Below are positions 39,101 to 48,300 of a DNA stretch of 64,000 nucleotides, piece by piece. Below the pieces are notes generated by a model. That model was not told the origin of the DNA. It did no database searches and worked only from the letters and a program-made list of their open reading frames with translations. Made by a program: the position numbers and the translations under genes. The stretch spans positions 702,216-766,215 of the forward strand of contig DAITMO010000001.1 in the NCBI GenBank assembly GCA_036835125.1, given 5' to 3'. The stretch comes from Patescibacteria group bacterium. GTDB taxonomy: Bacteria > Patescibacteriota > Microgenomatia > UBA8517. The first letter of the stretch is position 1, and the number at the start of each line of letters is the position of its first letter.

Positions 39101-42100
39101 CACCAACCACTGCTACACTTTCCACTACTCCATCTGCAGGTTGTTTGTCTCCTGGAGATGAAGTGCTTATCATTAACCTTCAAGGAACTAGTACTGCAAC
39201 GACCAATGTTGGAAAGTACGAAACTTTAAGAATTAGCAGTATTTCTACAGATACAATCACTTTTACAACTGCAAAAACTAATTTCTATGGAGACAATGCA
39301 ACTGATGATACAAATATCGGAACAGCCTCTGGTAATCAAAGAGTGATGTTGCAAAGAGTACCCAATTACACAAACGTAACTGTAAATTCATCAATCAATT
39401 TCTATCCAACAGCATGGAATGGAACAAAAGGTGGAGTAATGTTTTTCAGAGCCACAGGTACTGTATCTGTTTCGGGAACGATCCATGCAAATTCTATGGG
39501 TTATAGAGGGGGTGGAACAGCAACAACAGGCGGTAATGGTGGTGAATCATTTTGTAATTTAGATGCTGGAGGAGATGGTGGTTATACTTCTGCTGGTACT
39601 GCAGGCATTTGTGGTGGTGGAGGTGGAGGTGGAAGTCCTGGATCAACTGCAGGAGGAGCAGGTAGCACAAATTATGGTGGTGCAGGTGGGGGAGGTGGAG
39701 GACATACAGGCGCTGGTGGAACCGGTTGGGGTGGTGGTGGTGGAGCTGGAGCTGGATATGGAACAGCAGGAAGCTTCGGATATGGAAGAAGTAATGGTAC
39801 TAGTGGGAGTACAAATGCCAGTGGAAATGGTGGAACAGGAGCAAGCAATGGTGGATCAGGTGGAGGTGGAGGGGGAACATATGTAAATAGTTCAAAACTT
39901 CTCCTTGGTTCTGGTGGTGGATCTGGAGGAAAAGGTGGATACGGTACAGGGTATGGTGGAGCTGGTGGTCAAGGGGGTGGTGTGGTATATATTGCTTCAT
40001 CAAGTATTTCGATTTCTGGTAGTGTGAATGCTGGTGGTCAAAACGGAACCAATGGTGCTAACAGTACTGGAAGTGGTGGAGGTGGAGGTGGAGGTTCTGG
40101 GGGTTCTGTTTACATATTAGCAAACACTGCCTCACTTGGCACCAATCTTGTTTCATCTAGTGGAGGAAGTGGTGGTGCTGGGGGTGTGCAAGCAGAGGCG
40201 GGTTTTGCGGGTGGTGCCGGAGGTTATGGTGTTTCCTATATTTATTACACAACCTCATATACTGGTTCTGCAAATTCACCAACTCCAACATATACAGTTC
40301 AGCCATATTATCCATATGGTATTTATCACTCTGCTCCAATTGCTACAACCAATGCGGTGAGTCTTGATAAAATTAGATGGGAAGCAAGTCCCTCTGCATA
40401 TGGGAAAATTGAATTCCAAACAAGAACTGGAAATTCTACAGACCCAACAGATGGAAGCTGGGAAGCTTGGAAACCTGCTGTAGATGGAACTAACTATACT
40501 CTACTTCAATCCGCAGATACTCATACAGATTGGACGGGAACAAATGCTACAGTTTCAGATGGTTCAGTGACTCGAGACATTGACCAATTTGAAGATGAAG
40601 ATGAGGGAACTGCTGGTAACAATACAAAGTTTGTAAACACTACTGCTGCCAGTGGATATGCTGAAGCCACAATCACATCTGCTGATATTTCTTCTTTTGA
40701 TTATCTTACAGCATGGGTTTACGCCACAGCCAGTGGAAATACTGTTAAGTTTGGATTTGGTGAATCTACTGCTACCGAACAGGAAGAAACGATAACAATA
40801 GATGCAACGAGCACCTGGCAAAAAATATATTGGGATCTTTCTGATGTTCCTACCGCCAGTCGTGATGGGGTAACAAAATTAAGATTTACAAACTTGAATA
40901 ATCCGTGGAATACAATTCATATTGACAACATAAAGGCTGAAAAAGCAATGACAACAAGTACTGGAACTAATATAACCAGTACCCCCAATAACTACATTCA
41001 ATATCGTGCAATATTTACTACAACCAACACTAGTTATTATCCCAAGCTTTACAACGTAAACATTAACTATAATGATGGTTATAAAATAATACAAGCTGAT
41101 ACAAACAATGTCAGACTTTACAATTACACAGGCAGTACTCAAAACCTAAGACTTGACGCAGTAGTATTTGGAGCTGATTTGGCTGAGTGGTATACAGTTG
41201 ACGATGGTTCGATAACAAGCGGAGACGTGGTTGCGATTACTGGTCAAATGGATGAGAATGGAGTTCCAATTCTTAGAAAATCCCAAGGTGCAAGAGATCC
41301 AAATCTAATCGGTGTAATCTCAACCAATGCAGGTCAAACCTTGGGTATAAAAGCAGACAATAGACGCCTTCTTGCGCTCGCAGGACGTGTTCCTGTAAAA
41401 ATTGATCCCTCCTCCCCTGCCATAAAAGCTGGTGATGGAATAACCTCTGGTAATACTCCCGGAATGGCAAAGAAAGCAATGTTTGGAGACATGGTTATTG
41501 GGAAAGCTGCTCAAGACTGGAACCCTGGACAAGGAAACACCCTATTTATAATAGTAAGTAGTTCAGGTTCTACCAGTTCATATCTTGCAAGCATTGAGGA
41601 CTTCCAAATCATTAAAAACCTATCAACAGGTGTTTGGGAAGTTACAAGTAAATCTACAGGAGAAGTACTAAAAGCAGCGGGAGCATTCGGAGATATGATC
41701 GCAGCAAATATTAAAGCAGGATCCATAATTGCAAAGAATATTGTCACAGATAGATTTGAGACAGCCATTGCTACAATTCAAGATTTAACAGCCCCCAAGA
41801 TTACAACTAGTCTTATATCCCCCATTCCCAATGAAAAAGATATAACCATTCAAATTGGAAATGCATCAGAATCAGGAAAACTCATTGTACAAAATAGTGA
41901 AGGACAAGAAGTTTCATCAATTGATAGTCAAGGAAATGCAACATTTTCAGGAGAAATTGCAAGTAACAATCTACAAGTTGCAAATGAAGCTACAATTTCC
42001 GGTACACTATATGCAGATGAAATTAAATCCAAGAGTTTAGATGAAATTAAGTCTCTTCTTGCCGAGGTTGAAACTGATCAAAACTTACTAAAAGAAGCAG

Positions 42101-42870
42101 CAAATTGGGACGTTTTAACCTCAACCAATTCAGCTAGTCTTGACACTCTTGCAATAAGCGATCTATTTGTAACAAATCAGATAGCAGCAAACTCTCTTTC
42201 TGTAACAAATTCTTTAGCTCTTGGAATAGACATGATGTTTGATTCATCAATTGACGAAACAACCAATTTACCAGGAAACAGCATCAATACTCTTTCATCC
42301 CCTCTTAAAATTCAATCTCTTGCCATGGCTCCAGTTGAAATTATGGCAGGGATGTTTACGATAGACACAACAGGAAACGTAAGAATAACAGGCAACCTGG
42401 CAGTTGGAGGAGACTTGAATGTGGGAGGAAGGGTTAACTCATCAGGACTCACACTACATAATAATAGTGAGGATTCTTCCCCATCAGATCTTCTTACTTT
42501 ACAGGCAATAGATGGAGTAAGTGTTGCAACAATTGACTCATCAGGAAGTGCCTCATTTAATCAAATCTCAACCAAAGGACTTGTAATTGCAGGTGCAGTT
42601 GAGGCTACAAATTCTGCTCTTGTAAATGGAGTGATAACAACAAATGCAACAGCGGGATCCGGAACAATTCCAGAGGGAATATCCGAAATAACAATCAAAA
42701 ATCCAAATGTGACAGACTACACACTTGTATATGTCACACCAACCTCCTCTACCTACAACTATGTACTATATGTAAAGAGTAAAAAGAATGGAGAGTTTAA
42801 AGTAGGATTCACAAATGGAATACCAATAGATGTGAACTTTAACTGGTGGATTGTAAAAGTGGGACAATAA
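33172..42870 (+). CDS. Giant (3232 aa) membrane-anchored surface protein: two N-terminal tyrosine-recombinase core-binding (SAM-like) domains, one TM, then a huge repeat-rich ectodomain (tail-fibre-like repeats, glycine-rich block)
   Basis: Uninterrupted 9.7 kb ORF; residues about 10-100 and 130-215 match the XerD/phage-integrase N-terminal pattern (S..TIKNY.SDI..F..W and RRLSTLRNFSRFL); TM at about 290-312; repeated GIGTxxPxxKL.V.GN motifs; about 310-aa tandem units; (GGN)n block at nt 39511-40260. Confidence 0.85.
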   Translation: MFTTADKTIKKFIENLILQGKSKVSIKNYKSDIGHFLAWITLKLKTLGTYIEEASEITPFVSGDIFNEYKNYMVDNKVKIKTANRRLSTLRNFSRFLHSEGLTDFDFMQGIQNLGIGEGKTVQKIATDIIGNFRDSLITQKVSPNTIKNYASDIRSFIDWAGKKSIAKIGSNHIKTYREEVLKSSTASTFDRKVSSLKKFFDWARIEGHTDGNPIEDFLKEEAKTIQVKLGKIEKERKAISQSYNSFQARIIAKLAVKPRLQKFFYHLFYTRPEWYKKYHTLPIASYFNYGILILLMSALGFGVYNQFFKATSDSLAYPTTLTKAGRYLSFQGRLTSKLGNPITTATNLDFKLYDASTSGSLLWDSNTCSITPDTDGIFSTLLGDSCGDEIGSDVFSENAEVWLGVTVGLDAEATPRVQIATVAYALNSETLQGYPASESATANTVPVMNSSGQLVLAYSSPKIQSTSGTFAIEGQATTISTANTSNGSITINPDGTGTLNLTFEGAAPGGSANGFVNATNANLTSGALYYGEVASDASGYNLIQLASGSTPTDKFTISSAGNLVAAGTINGLGVSSGTISSGTWNGTAIGTQYGGTGQNWSAVSQGSLPYFNGAGTMATLDPATSGYVLTTQGAGANPTWTDPTTLGTNYWQLANHVLTPANALDYDLAVGGNSTASAKFQVFAGSGNILTSGTASISGNLTLGNGSALQSAYGPLTLNYKSGADAYTAGLTLTDSGYIGIGTVNPVAKVSIVSPGDSGINMGGYFGSGYGAISLNNTADSTNYNLLSGNSSTDNSLYLNRTSGGSIHFREANGTSQMIIASGGNVGIGTVSPTAKLDVNGNLNISGYATASASLALGNTIAAEGPGHLNMSGNLTALGTINGLSVSSGTISSGTWNGTAIGTQYGGTGADNSAVAQYSIPYYSAIGTLGGAVSPGTAGYVLSTNGAGGAPTWIEMSAVSGDNYWQLNNKILSPANSTFDLVIGGTATGSAFQVFGQELAAGNVQKITSSGVTTGDVLSLNSTALTTGSLLYLANNTANNAYLIKAQAGSSLTDRMTLDSSGYLKVYDTSGSKYVQIRHDGTNGQISASSGNLELGSGAGNMVIGDSSNAVNIHFGYTAAPVAIEGEAGTVINFTQAGDITPAADATYDLGASGTAWANIYGTSVYQGAYQVCDVSGNCLGTAGGSKWKSNYGAISPFTDDLDVLIGSSATTSAKFAFINVGEGLPTASISGTTANVNTFLTGEGNLGVTNMAHLTLGGATTGQVDVSNDLNLADSKGLKINNNSILTSTALGSTVVGSSLTSVGALTAGSIGGSFGSINVGNTITGTTINGTTGINTGASAGTQRIDASGNLTNIGTTQFHGVTYTWPAADAANPGYVLASNGSGGLSWEAPSGGGGSWTIGSNGVIYPNNFTADVVIGATATTSAKFAFMNVLTGTPTASISGSTANVATFVDGNGNISTTNRQDLVIGNSTAYDTTGNILLNPNGTGRVGIGTTSPTYTLDVVGNIGLDQYLYHNDDTNTYLNFEADRLRGYIGGEYLLDLYEGTQDYVKLGDNGDVDINLNNMLFVEGSSGKVGIGTITPTNRLSIVATSANSTGMAALLIDQYEDQDIFTASASGQTKMKLANDGTLSLYNATSSITNTAGDITLDAASDFISFSGDSLGNILDLSITGVLNAGTSAGGVYNSLAGASDSPASTAIASGNDLFVGGDIEIKGGLYLTGHNIFNVVSGVSTGTITFAADPTLVNSYNALSYGSWLVNNSVNDGIASLMVNQAKAGDVFTASVSGTTKFTIHNDGSLYLAGSASAPTANTTAGTIYFDTDTVTGSGTTGSLFIRGEDDAWHRLAMDMTSYASSSANIANGSYVEVAHNQDTNDISITGWFYDTISSTWKNISEFTHSIIQNLQNQFDEEGNSKIRTTTKLTNIELSQSINTGTGSDGAITVSGSVSINDTDLISDRSCSDGGDAVNYSITTLTPTTATLSTTPSAGCLSPGDEVLIINLQGTSTATTNVGKYETLRISSISTDTITFTTAKTNFYGDNATDDTNIGTASGNQRVMLQRVPNYTNVTVNSSINFYPTAWNGTKGGVMFFRATGTVSVSGTIHANSMGYRGGGTATTGGNGGESFCNLDAGGDGGYTSAGTAGICGGGGGGGSPGSTAGGAGSTNYGGAGGGGGGHTGAGGTGWGGGGGAGAGYGTAGSFGYGRSNGTSGSTNASGNGGTGASNGGSGGGGGGTYVNSSKLLLGSGGGSGGKGGYGTGYGGAGGQGGGVVYIASSSISISGSVNAGGQNGTNGANSTGSGGGGGGGSGGSVYILANTASLGTNLVSSSGGSGGAGGVQAEAGFAGGAGGYGVSYIYYTTSYTGSANSPTPTYTVQPYYPYGIYHSAPIATTNAVSLDKIRWEASPSAYGKIEFQTRTGNSTDPTDGSWEAWKPAVDGTNYTLLQSADTHTDWTGTNATVSDGSVTRDIDQFEDEDEGTAGNNTKFVNTTAASGYAEATITSADISSFDYLTAWVYATASGNTVKFGFGESTATEQEETITIDATSTWQKIYWDLSDVPTASRDGVTKLRFTNLNNPWNTIHIDNIKAEKAMTTSTGTNITSTPNNYIQYRAIFTTTNTSYYPKLYNVNINYNDGYKIIQADTNNVRLYNYTGSTQNLRLDAVVFGADLAEWYTVDDGSITSGDVVAITGQMDENGVPILRKSQGARDPNLIGVISTNAGQTLGIKADNRRLLALAGRVPVKIDPSSPAIKAGDGITSGNTPGMAKKAMFGDMVIGKAAQDWNPGQGNTLFIIVSSSGSTSSYLASIEDFQIIKNLSTGVWEVTSKSTGEVLKAAGAFGDMIAANIKAGSIIAKNIVTDRFETAIATIQDLTAPKITTSLISPIPNEKDITIQIGNASESGKLIVQNSEGQEVSSIDSQGNATFSGEIASNNLQVANEATISGTLYADEIKSKSLDEIKSLLAEVETDQNLLKEAANWDVLTSTNSASLDTLAISDLFVTNQIAANSLSVTNSLALGIDMMFDSSIDETTNLPGNSINTLSSPLKIQSLAMAPVEIMAGMFTIDTTGNVRITGNLAVGGDLNVGGRVNSSGLTLHNNSEDSSPSDLLTLQAIDGVSVATIDSSGSASFNQISTKGLVIAGAVEATNSALVNGVITTNATAGSGTIPEGISEITIKNPNVTDYTLVYVTPTSSTYNYVLYVKSKKNGEFKVGFTNGIPIDVNFNWWIVKVGQ
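34873..36750 (+). repeat. Tandem duplication of an about 310-aa (936-nt) unit inside the giant gene
   Basis: GTINGL[GS]VSSGTISSGTWNGTAIGTQYGGTG... recurs at residues about 567 and 879; identical 40-nt stretch ggaatggaacagcaattggaactcagtatggtggtacagg at 34925-34964 and 35861-35900. Confidence 0.7.
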
Positions 42871-42887
42871 TATAAAAGATATCTCTT

Positions 42888-43676
42888 ATGGAAGAAAAAA
42901 ACAAAACCAACAAAAAAAATATATTAATTCTTTCTTTACTAGCAGTTTTGATAATTGCAGGTATTTTTGTGCTCATTACTCTTCTTCCCAAAAATAAGGA
43001 AAAAAATGTATATCTAGTTGCTAACACCAACAAAACTGAATACTTAGTAGGTGAAACAGTAAAAATAGAAATGGCAAAAGTAGATAAAGATGGAAATGCA
43101 GATTGTGATGCAAATTTGAAATTAACAATAAATGGAATAAAAAAGAAAGATATTATTAAATCTTCTGCTTGTAAGTTGGGTATCAACATAATTCCTGACT
43201 ATTTATTTAGCTTCAAACCTGACAAAACAGGAACTTTTAAGATTAAATTAAAAGATCTTGATACTAAAGTTACTACAACGAGATATTTTGATGTAGTTAA
43301 TGAAAAGAGTCTTGATATTACAAGAAAAATGGATTTGAGAATAAATCTAAAAAAAGGAAACACATTTCCTGTAAGAATACATGTAAAAGCAAATAAAGAT
43401 TATTCAGGAGAAATATCAGATCTTGTTCCTAACGGAATAACAATTAAATGGCAGGGAGAAGCAAAAGTAGAGGGAAATAAAATTATCTGGCATGTAAACC
43501 TAAAAGCTGGAGAAACAAAAGATTTTATATATGAATATTCAGTAAATAATCCAATTCCCACCACCTATTCATTTGGAGAAGACAATGAATGGACAGTTAT
43601 AACAACAAACCAAGAACAAAAAATGGAAATAAAAATTCAAGAAATTATAAAAAAACTAAATGAAAAAAATAATTAA
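42888..43676 (+). CDS. Membrane-anchored hypothetical protein (N-terminal TM, Lys-rich ectodomain)
   Basis: 262 aa ORF; TM ILILSLLAVLIIAGIFVLITLL; A7 and A8 tracts in the first 12 codons. Confidence 0.45.
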   Translation: MEEKNKTNKKNILILSLLAVLIIAGIFVLITLLPKNKEKNVYLVANTNKTEYLVGETVKIEMAKVDKDGNADCDANLKLTINGIKKKDIIKSSACKLGINIIPDYLFSFKPDKTGTFKIKLKDLDTKVTTTRYFDVVNEKSLDITRKMDLRINLKKGNTFPVRIHVKANKDYSGEISDLVPNGITIKWQGEAKVEGNKIIWHVNLKAGETKDFIYEYSVNNPIPTTYSFGEDNEWTVITTNQEQKMEIKIQEIIKKLNEKNN

Positions 43677-45303
43677 ACCATTACTAATATTTTTTGCTGT
43701 TGTTGTGTTTTTCACAATAAAAACAAATACTGTTCATGCAGGTAGTTGTAGCTCTCAAACTGATGGAAACTGGAGTTCAGGAAGCACATGGACTGGTACA
43801 TGTGCTGGATCTGGAGGAATACCAACTTCAGGAGACCTTGTTCAAATTACAGAGGGAACAATTGTTACAGTAGACAGTACAGCAGTAGCGTCAAATGTAA
43901 CAATCAATGAAACTGCAACACTTACTTTTGCTGACAATTCAACTCTGGTGATATCAGGTTTTTCCTTTATTGATTACCCAGGATTGATAAATAATGGCAC
44001 TTTCACCTCAGGATCAAATTCAACTGTGGTTGTTAATGATGAAATTGCTATGAATTTAATAGCTGGCGAAATAACCTTTGATAACTTGTTAATAATTGCT
44101 GGTATTACAGTACTATTTTCCCCCATAACAATTAATGGGGATTTAATGATAATAGAAACAGGTTTATTAGTTGATAACGGTAACCAAATAACAGGCAACA
44201 GTACTGGGGAATTAGTCATTACAACAGCAACTTTTGAAGGAGGACTGTTTATAGATTCTGGAATGTTTGCGAATGAATCCGAAACAACTGTTTCACACTT
44301 CCCCACGCTATTTACCAGAGAAAACATATACATTGAGCCTGGAAGTATTATTGGATACGCCTCTGAAAGCACACAGGTAATATCGAGCGTTCCAATTTAT
44401 GGAACTATTTATTTAATGGGGCCAAATAAAACAAATGAAGATGATATCACTCTAACAGGATCATGGGTAATTGACACTGAAAGTGGTGGTGCAGAATTTA
44501 CTGCAGGAGAAGGAACCACCGTATATTTTGCAGGAGGAGATGAAAGTGAACAAGTAATACAAGGAAATAACACATTCTATAATCTAACAGCTACAACAAC
44601 AGATAATTCTACAGGACGAAGTATTTTGTTTGAAGGAGGTTCAACCACCACTGTAACCGGAACTTTTACAATGGAGGGAGAAGCTGGAAAAGTTCTCACT
44701 CTCGGATCAACTGATGAAACAGCATGGACAATTACACCTACATCAACTTCAGTACAATACCTTTCTGTTTCCGATTCCACAAATACTAATGGAACCATAT
44801 GTGCCCCCTATTCAACTGATGGAGGAGGAAATACTGGATGGAGTTTTGAGGAAGGAGCTTGTAATACAACACCAAATACACCAACTCTGGATTTGCCAAG
44901 CAATAGTGCCACCAATCAATCAATCAACCCATCACTTAAAACAACATCAACAGACCCTAATAGTGACTATCTACACTATAAAATCATTCTTTGTGAAGAC
45001 TCAGAAATGTCAGTAAATTGCCAAACATTTGATCAAACCAGCTCTCAAACTGGATGGAGTGGACAAGATGCAGAAAGTGAAACAGCATATGCTTCAGGAA
45101 CACAAGCTGTTTATACACTGCAAACCGAACTCTCTTATTCAAAAATATATTATTGGAAAAGTTATGCAATAGATCCAGGAGGAACAAACGCATGGAGCGA
45201 AACTCAAACTACTCCCTATTCATTTACAACAGGAGCGTCTCAAAATACAGTTTTGAAATATAAAGGAGGGCTTAAGATCTTTGGGAACGTAATCGTGAAA
45301 TAA
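43660..45303 (+). CDS. Secreted beta-helix-like adhesin-type protein with C-terminal FN3-like module shared with the downstream giant protein
   Basis: 547 aa; signal peptide; parallel-beta-helix-like repeats (GDLVQITEGTIVTVDSTAVASNVTI...); C-terminal TPNTPTLDLPSNSATNQ...CQTFDQTSSQTGWSGQD...YYWKSYAIDPGG module. Confidence 0.6.
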   Translation: MKKIIKPLLIFFAVVVFFTIKTNTVHAGSCSSQTDGNWSSGSTWTGTCAGSGGIPTSGDLVQITEGTIVTVDSTAVASNVTINETATLTFADNSTLVISGFSFIDYPGLINNGTFTSGSNSTVVVNDEIAMNLIAGEITFDNLLIIAGITVLFSPITINGDLMIIETGLLVDNGNQITGNSTGELVITTATFEGGLFIDSGMFANESETTVSHFPTLFTRENIYIEPGSIIGYASESTQVISSVPIYGTIYLMGPNKTNEDDITLTGSWVIDTESGGAEFTAGEGTTVYFAGGDESEQVIQGNNTFYNLTATTTDNSTGRSILFEGGSTTTVTGTFTMEGEAGKVLTLGSTDETAWTITPTSTSVQYLSVSDSTNTNGTICAPYSTDGGGNTGWSFEEGACNTTPNTPTLDLPSNSATNQSINPSLKTTSTDPNSDYLHYKIILCEDSEMSVNCQTFDQTSSQTGWSGQDAESETAYASGTQAVYTLQTELSYSKIYYWKSYAIDPGGTNAWSETQTTPYSFTTGASQNTVLKYKGGLKIFGNVIVK

Positions 45304-45305
45304 AT

Positions 45306-48300
45306 ATGTCAAGAATTGATTTAGGAAACCATATTAGTACATACTTAAAACTAGTTATAAAAATGACTACATCAAAACTGTCCAAAATAGTCAGAAAGAT
45401 AAATTACTATATCAAATATTTTGTGGTTAATAGCCACATATTATCTAGAAAAGCAAAAAGAAAACTAAATCACATCCCCCCACTTAGTAAACTTCCACAA
45501 ACAATTAAAGAGGAATTAATTGTTTTTTTTAAAAAGTTCACTATCTTTGTTAAAAAGTTACCTAAATTTATAAGAAACTTTCCACCCTTAGTTAAAAGGA
45601 AAGTTCCAACATATATAAAATTAATAAAAAAACATAAAAATGGTATTGCAATCACAATAACAGCAATCCCTGTAGCAGTTATCTGGGGACTACTATTATA
45701 TAAATGGATTACCACTCCCCAGCCCGCAATAGTAACTAATTCAAAAAATAGTGACTATCATTTTCAAGGAAAATCAAAACTCTATAAATTTAGTATTGGG
45801 GATACTAAAACAAATGAACCAAAAGTTGAATTCTCTCTTTCCAAAGAAGGAAATAAAAAAATTATCTTCTACCCTGCAAGCGGTAACACAGGAAGGGATA
45901 AACCGGAAGAAAAAGGAAACAAAATTACTTTTAAAGATGTGTATGGAAATACTGACATAGTCTATACACCAATCAAAAACGGAATCAAAGAGGAAATAAT
46001 AGTTAAAAAACCAAATGAATATCATGTCTATCCATTTTTCTTAGAATTAGAAGGGGTAAACATAAATCCAACATTCAACATTTCAAATGGAGTCTTCTAT
46101 GACAGTGATGGCAACTATCTATTTAACTTTGAAAAACCATTTGCGATAGATGCAAAAGGAAACAGAACTGACAATGTTGGAATATCCATAAAAACAGATT
46201 CAAACAGCGGCAAACTAGTAGCCCTTCTAACAGTAGATAAAAACTGGATTAGTGACCCTGCCCGCACCTACCCTATTACAATTGATCCAACAATAGTACA
46301 TGACACCAATGCAGAACTTGATACCGGACAATTAAACAGAATTCTTTCAAAAACAGCTCCCACATCCCCCGCAACTGGAGGAACCATCACATATAAAGAT
46401 GGCTATACAATTCATACTTTTACGTCATCTGGAACTTTTACACCCACAACATCGATGAATGTAGAAATATTAGTTGTGGGTGGTGGTGGAGGTGGAAATG
46501 ATGGATCTGGTGGAGGTGGTGGTGGAGGTGGTGGTGGAGTTGTATATCAACCTTTATATGCTGTTACTGCACAAGAATACACCGTTACGGTTGGAGATGG
46601 TGGTGCCAGAAATACAAGTGGAAATAATTCTGTTTTTGACACTATTACTGCAGTTGGAGGAGGTAAAGGAGGAGGATATGCCGCAGCGGGTTCAGCTGGT
46701 GGTTCTGGAGGAGGATCAGGACGTGATACAACCTCAGCTGCCGGAGGAAGTGGAACAGCTGGCCAAGGATATAACGGAGGTAGAGCTACAGCAGCAAGTT
46801 ATGGTTCAGCTGGTGGTGGAGGTGGTGCAGGACAAGTTGGTTATAATGGAGGAACAGATTCAGGTACTCTTTCTGGAACCTACTCCAGGGGTGGAGATGG
46901 TATTGGATATTCAATTTCAGGAACTATAACATATTATGGTGGTGGAGGTGGGGGTTCTTGGCATTCAGGAACAGTCATGTCTTCAGGTGGTCTAGGAGGA
47001 GGAGGTAAAGGAGGAGGATATCTTAATTCGGGTGGATACAATGGTACTGCGGGTACTGCAAATACTGGTGGTGGAGGTGGGGCTGCAGATTCTAGAAGTG
47101 GAACGGCAGGAGCTGGTGGTTCCGGTATTATTATTATTCGCTATCCAACCTTCCCCACTCTTGAAACATATTATCAAGAACTTTCAACAGATCCATATAC
47201 TGTTGGTCTTTGGCATATGAATGAAACTTCTGGCACCACAACCGTATCTGATTCATCAGGAAATTCTAACACAGGAACGTCTGTATCTAGTACTAATGTA
47301 ACTACTGGAGTTTTAGGAAATTCCAGAAGTTTTAATGGGAGTAGCGATTCTATATCCACTTCTCTAAATGGTCTTCCTTCAAGCACTAATACTGTTACAG
47401 TTGAATTTTGGGCATATATGGCTTCTGGACTTACTAATTACCAAGCCATACAAGCAAGTGCCGATGATGTAGCCAATAGATTTAATATTCACTTAAATTG
47501 GGGAGGAACTACTTATTGGGATTTTGGTGCATATGATGGTGGTGGAAGACTTACTGCAACATGTGATAGTAGCTTATTAAACAAATGGGTGCATTGGGCA
47601 TTTGTTTCTGAAGGAGGTGTTGGTCAAAAAATATATATTAATGGAGTGTTAGTTGCTAGTGACAACACTACATCAACTTTTACTAAAGGAGCAAAAACAC
47701 TATATATCGGTAGGGATACAACAACGAATTTCTTTAAAGGAATGATTGATGAATTTAAAATTAGTAATAATGCTCGTACTCCAGAAGAAATAAAGCTCAA
47801 CGCCTCCCGTCGTCCCTATTCTACCTATACATCCGATGTAATTGATCTAACAAATGTTGCCTCATGGAATTCTTTATACTGGAATGGTCTTGGTTTCACA
47901 ACGGCAGATGGAGAAACTGCAACTGCTTCAGCAACAAGCTCCCTAGTAGCCCAATGGAATTTTAATGAAACTTCTGGAACAACAGCAGCTTCAGGAGGAA
48001 CTTGTGGTACCTCTTGTAATGGAACACTAACAAGCTTTGCCTCTACAGGTTCCCAAGATGCAGCAGCAGGAACAGGCTGGACTTCTAACAATAAACGTTG
48101 GGGTGCAGGAGCTTTAATGTTTGATGGAAGTAACGACTATATGAGTGTATCAAGCTCAGGAATTATTGATCCAACCTCTGAATACACAATAGAATCATGG
48201 ATCAAACCCACATCTACTGGTCCTTATACAATTTATGGACAAGGAAATACAGGAAACAATACAGTTATGCTTGTGTTGAATGTTTATAACGGCAACTTAT

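Noticed and set aside
41100-42870. C-terminal intramolecular-chaperone (peptidase S74) domain, as seen in phage tail-fibre proteins with GIGTxxP repeats
   Set aside because: I could not find the characteristic S-D-x-R-L-K-x-N-I start motif or a conserved Ser-Lys dyad arrangement; similarity too weak to call from sequence alone
39511-47150. CRISPR array or other non-coding tandem repeat for the (ggt/gga)n tracts
   Set aside because: Repeats are degenerate trinucleotide runs fully in frame within long ORFs, with no repeat-spacer periodicity
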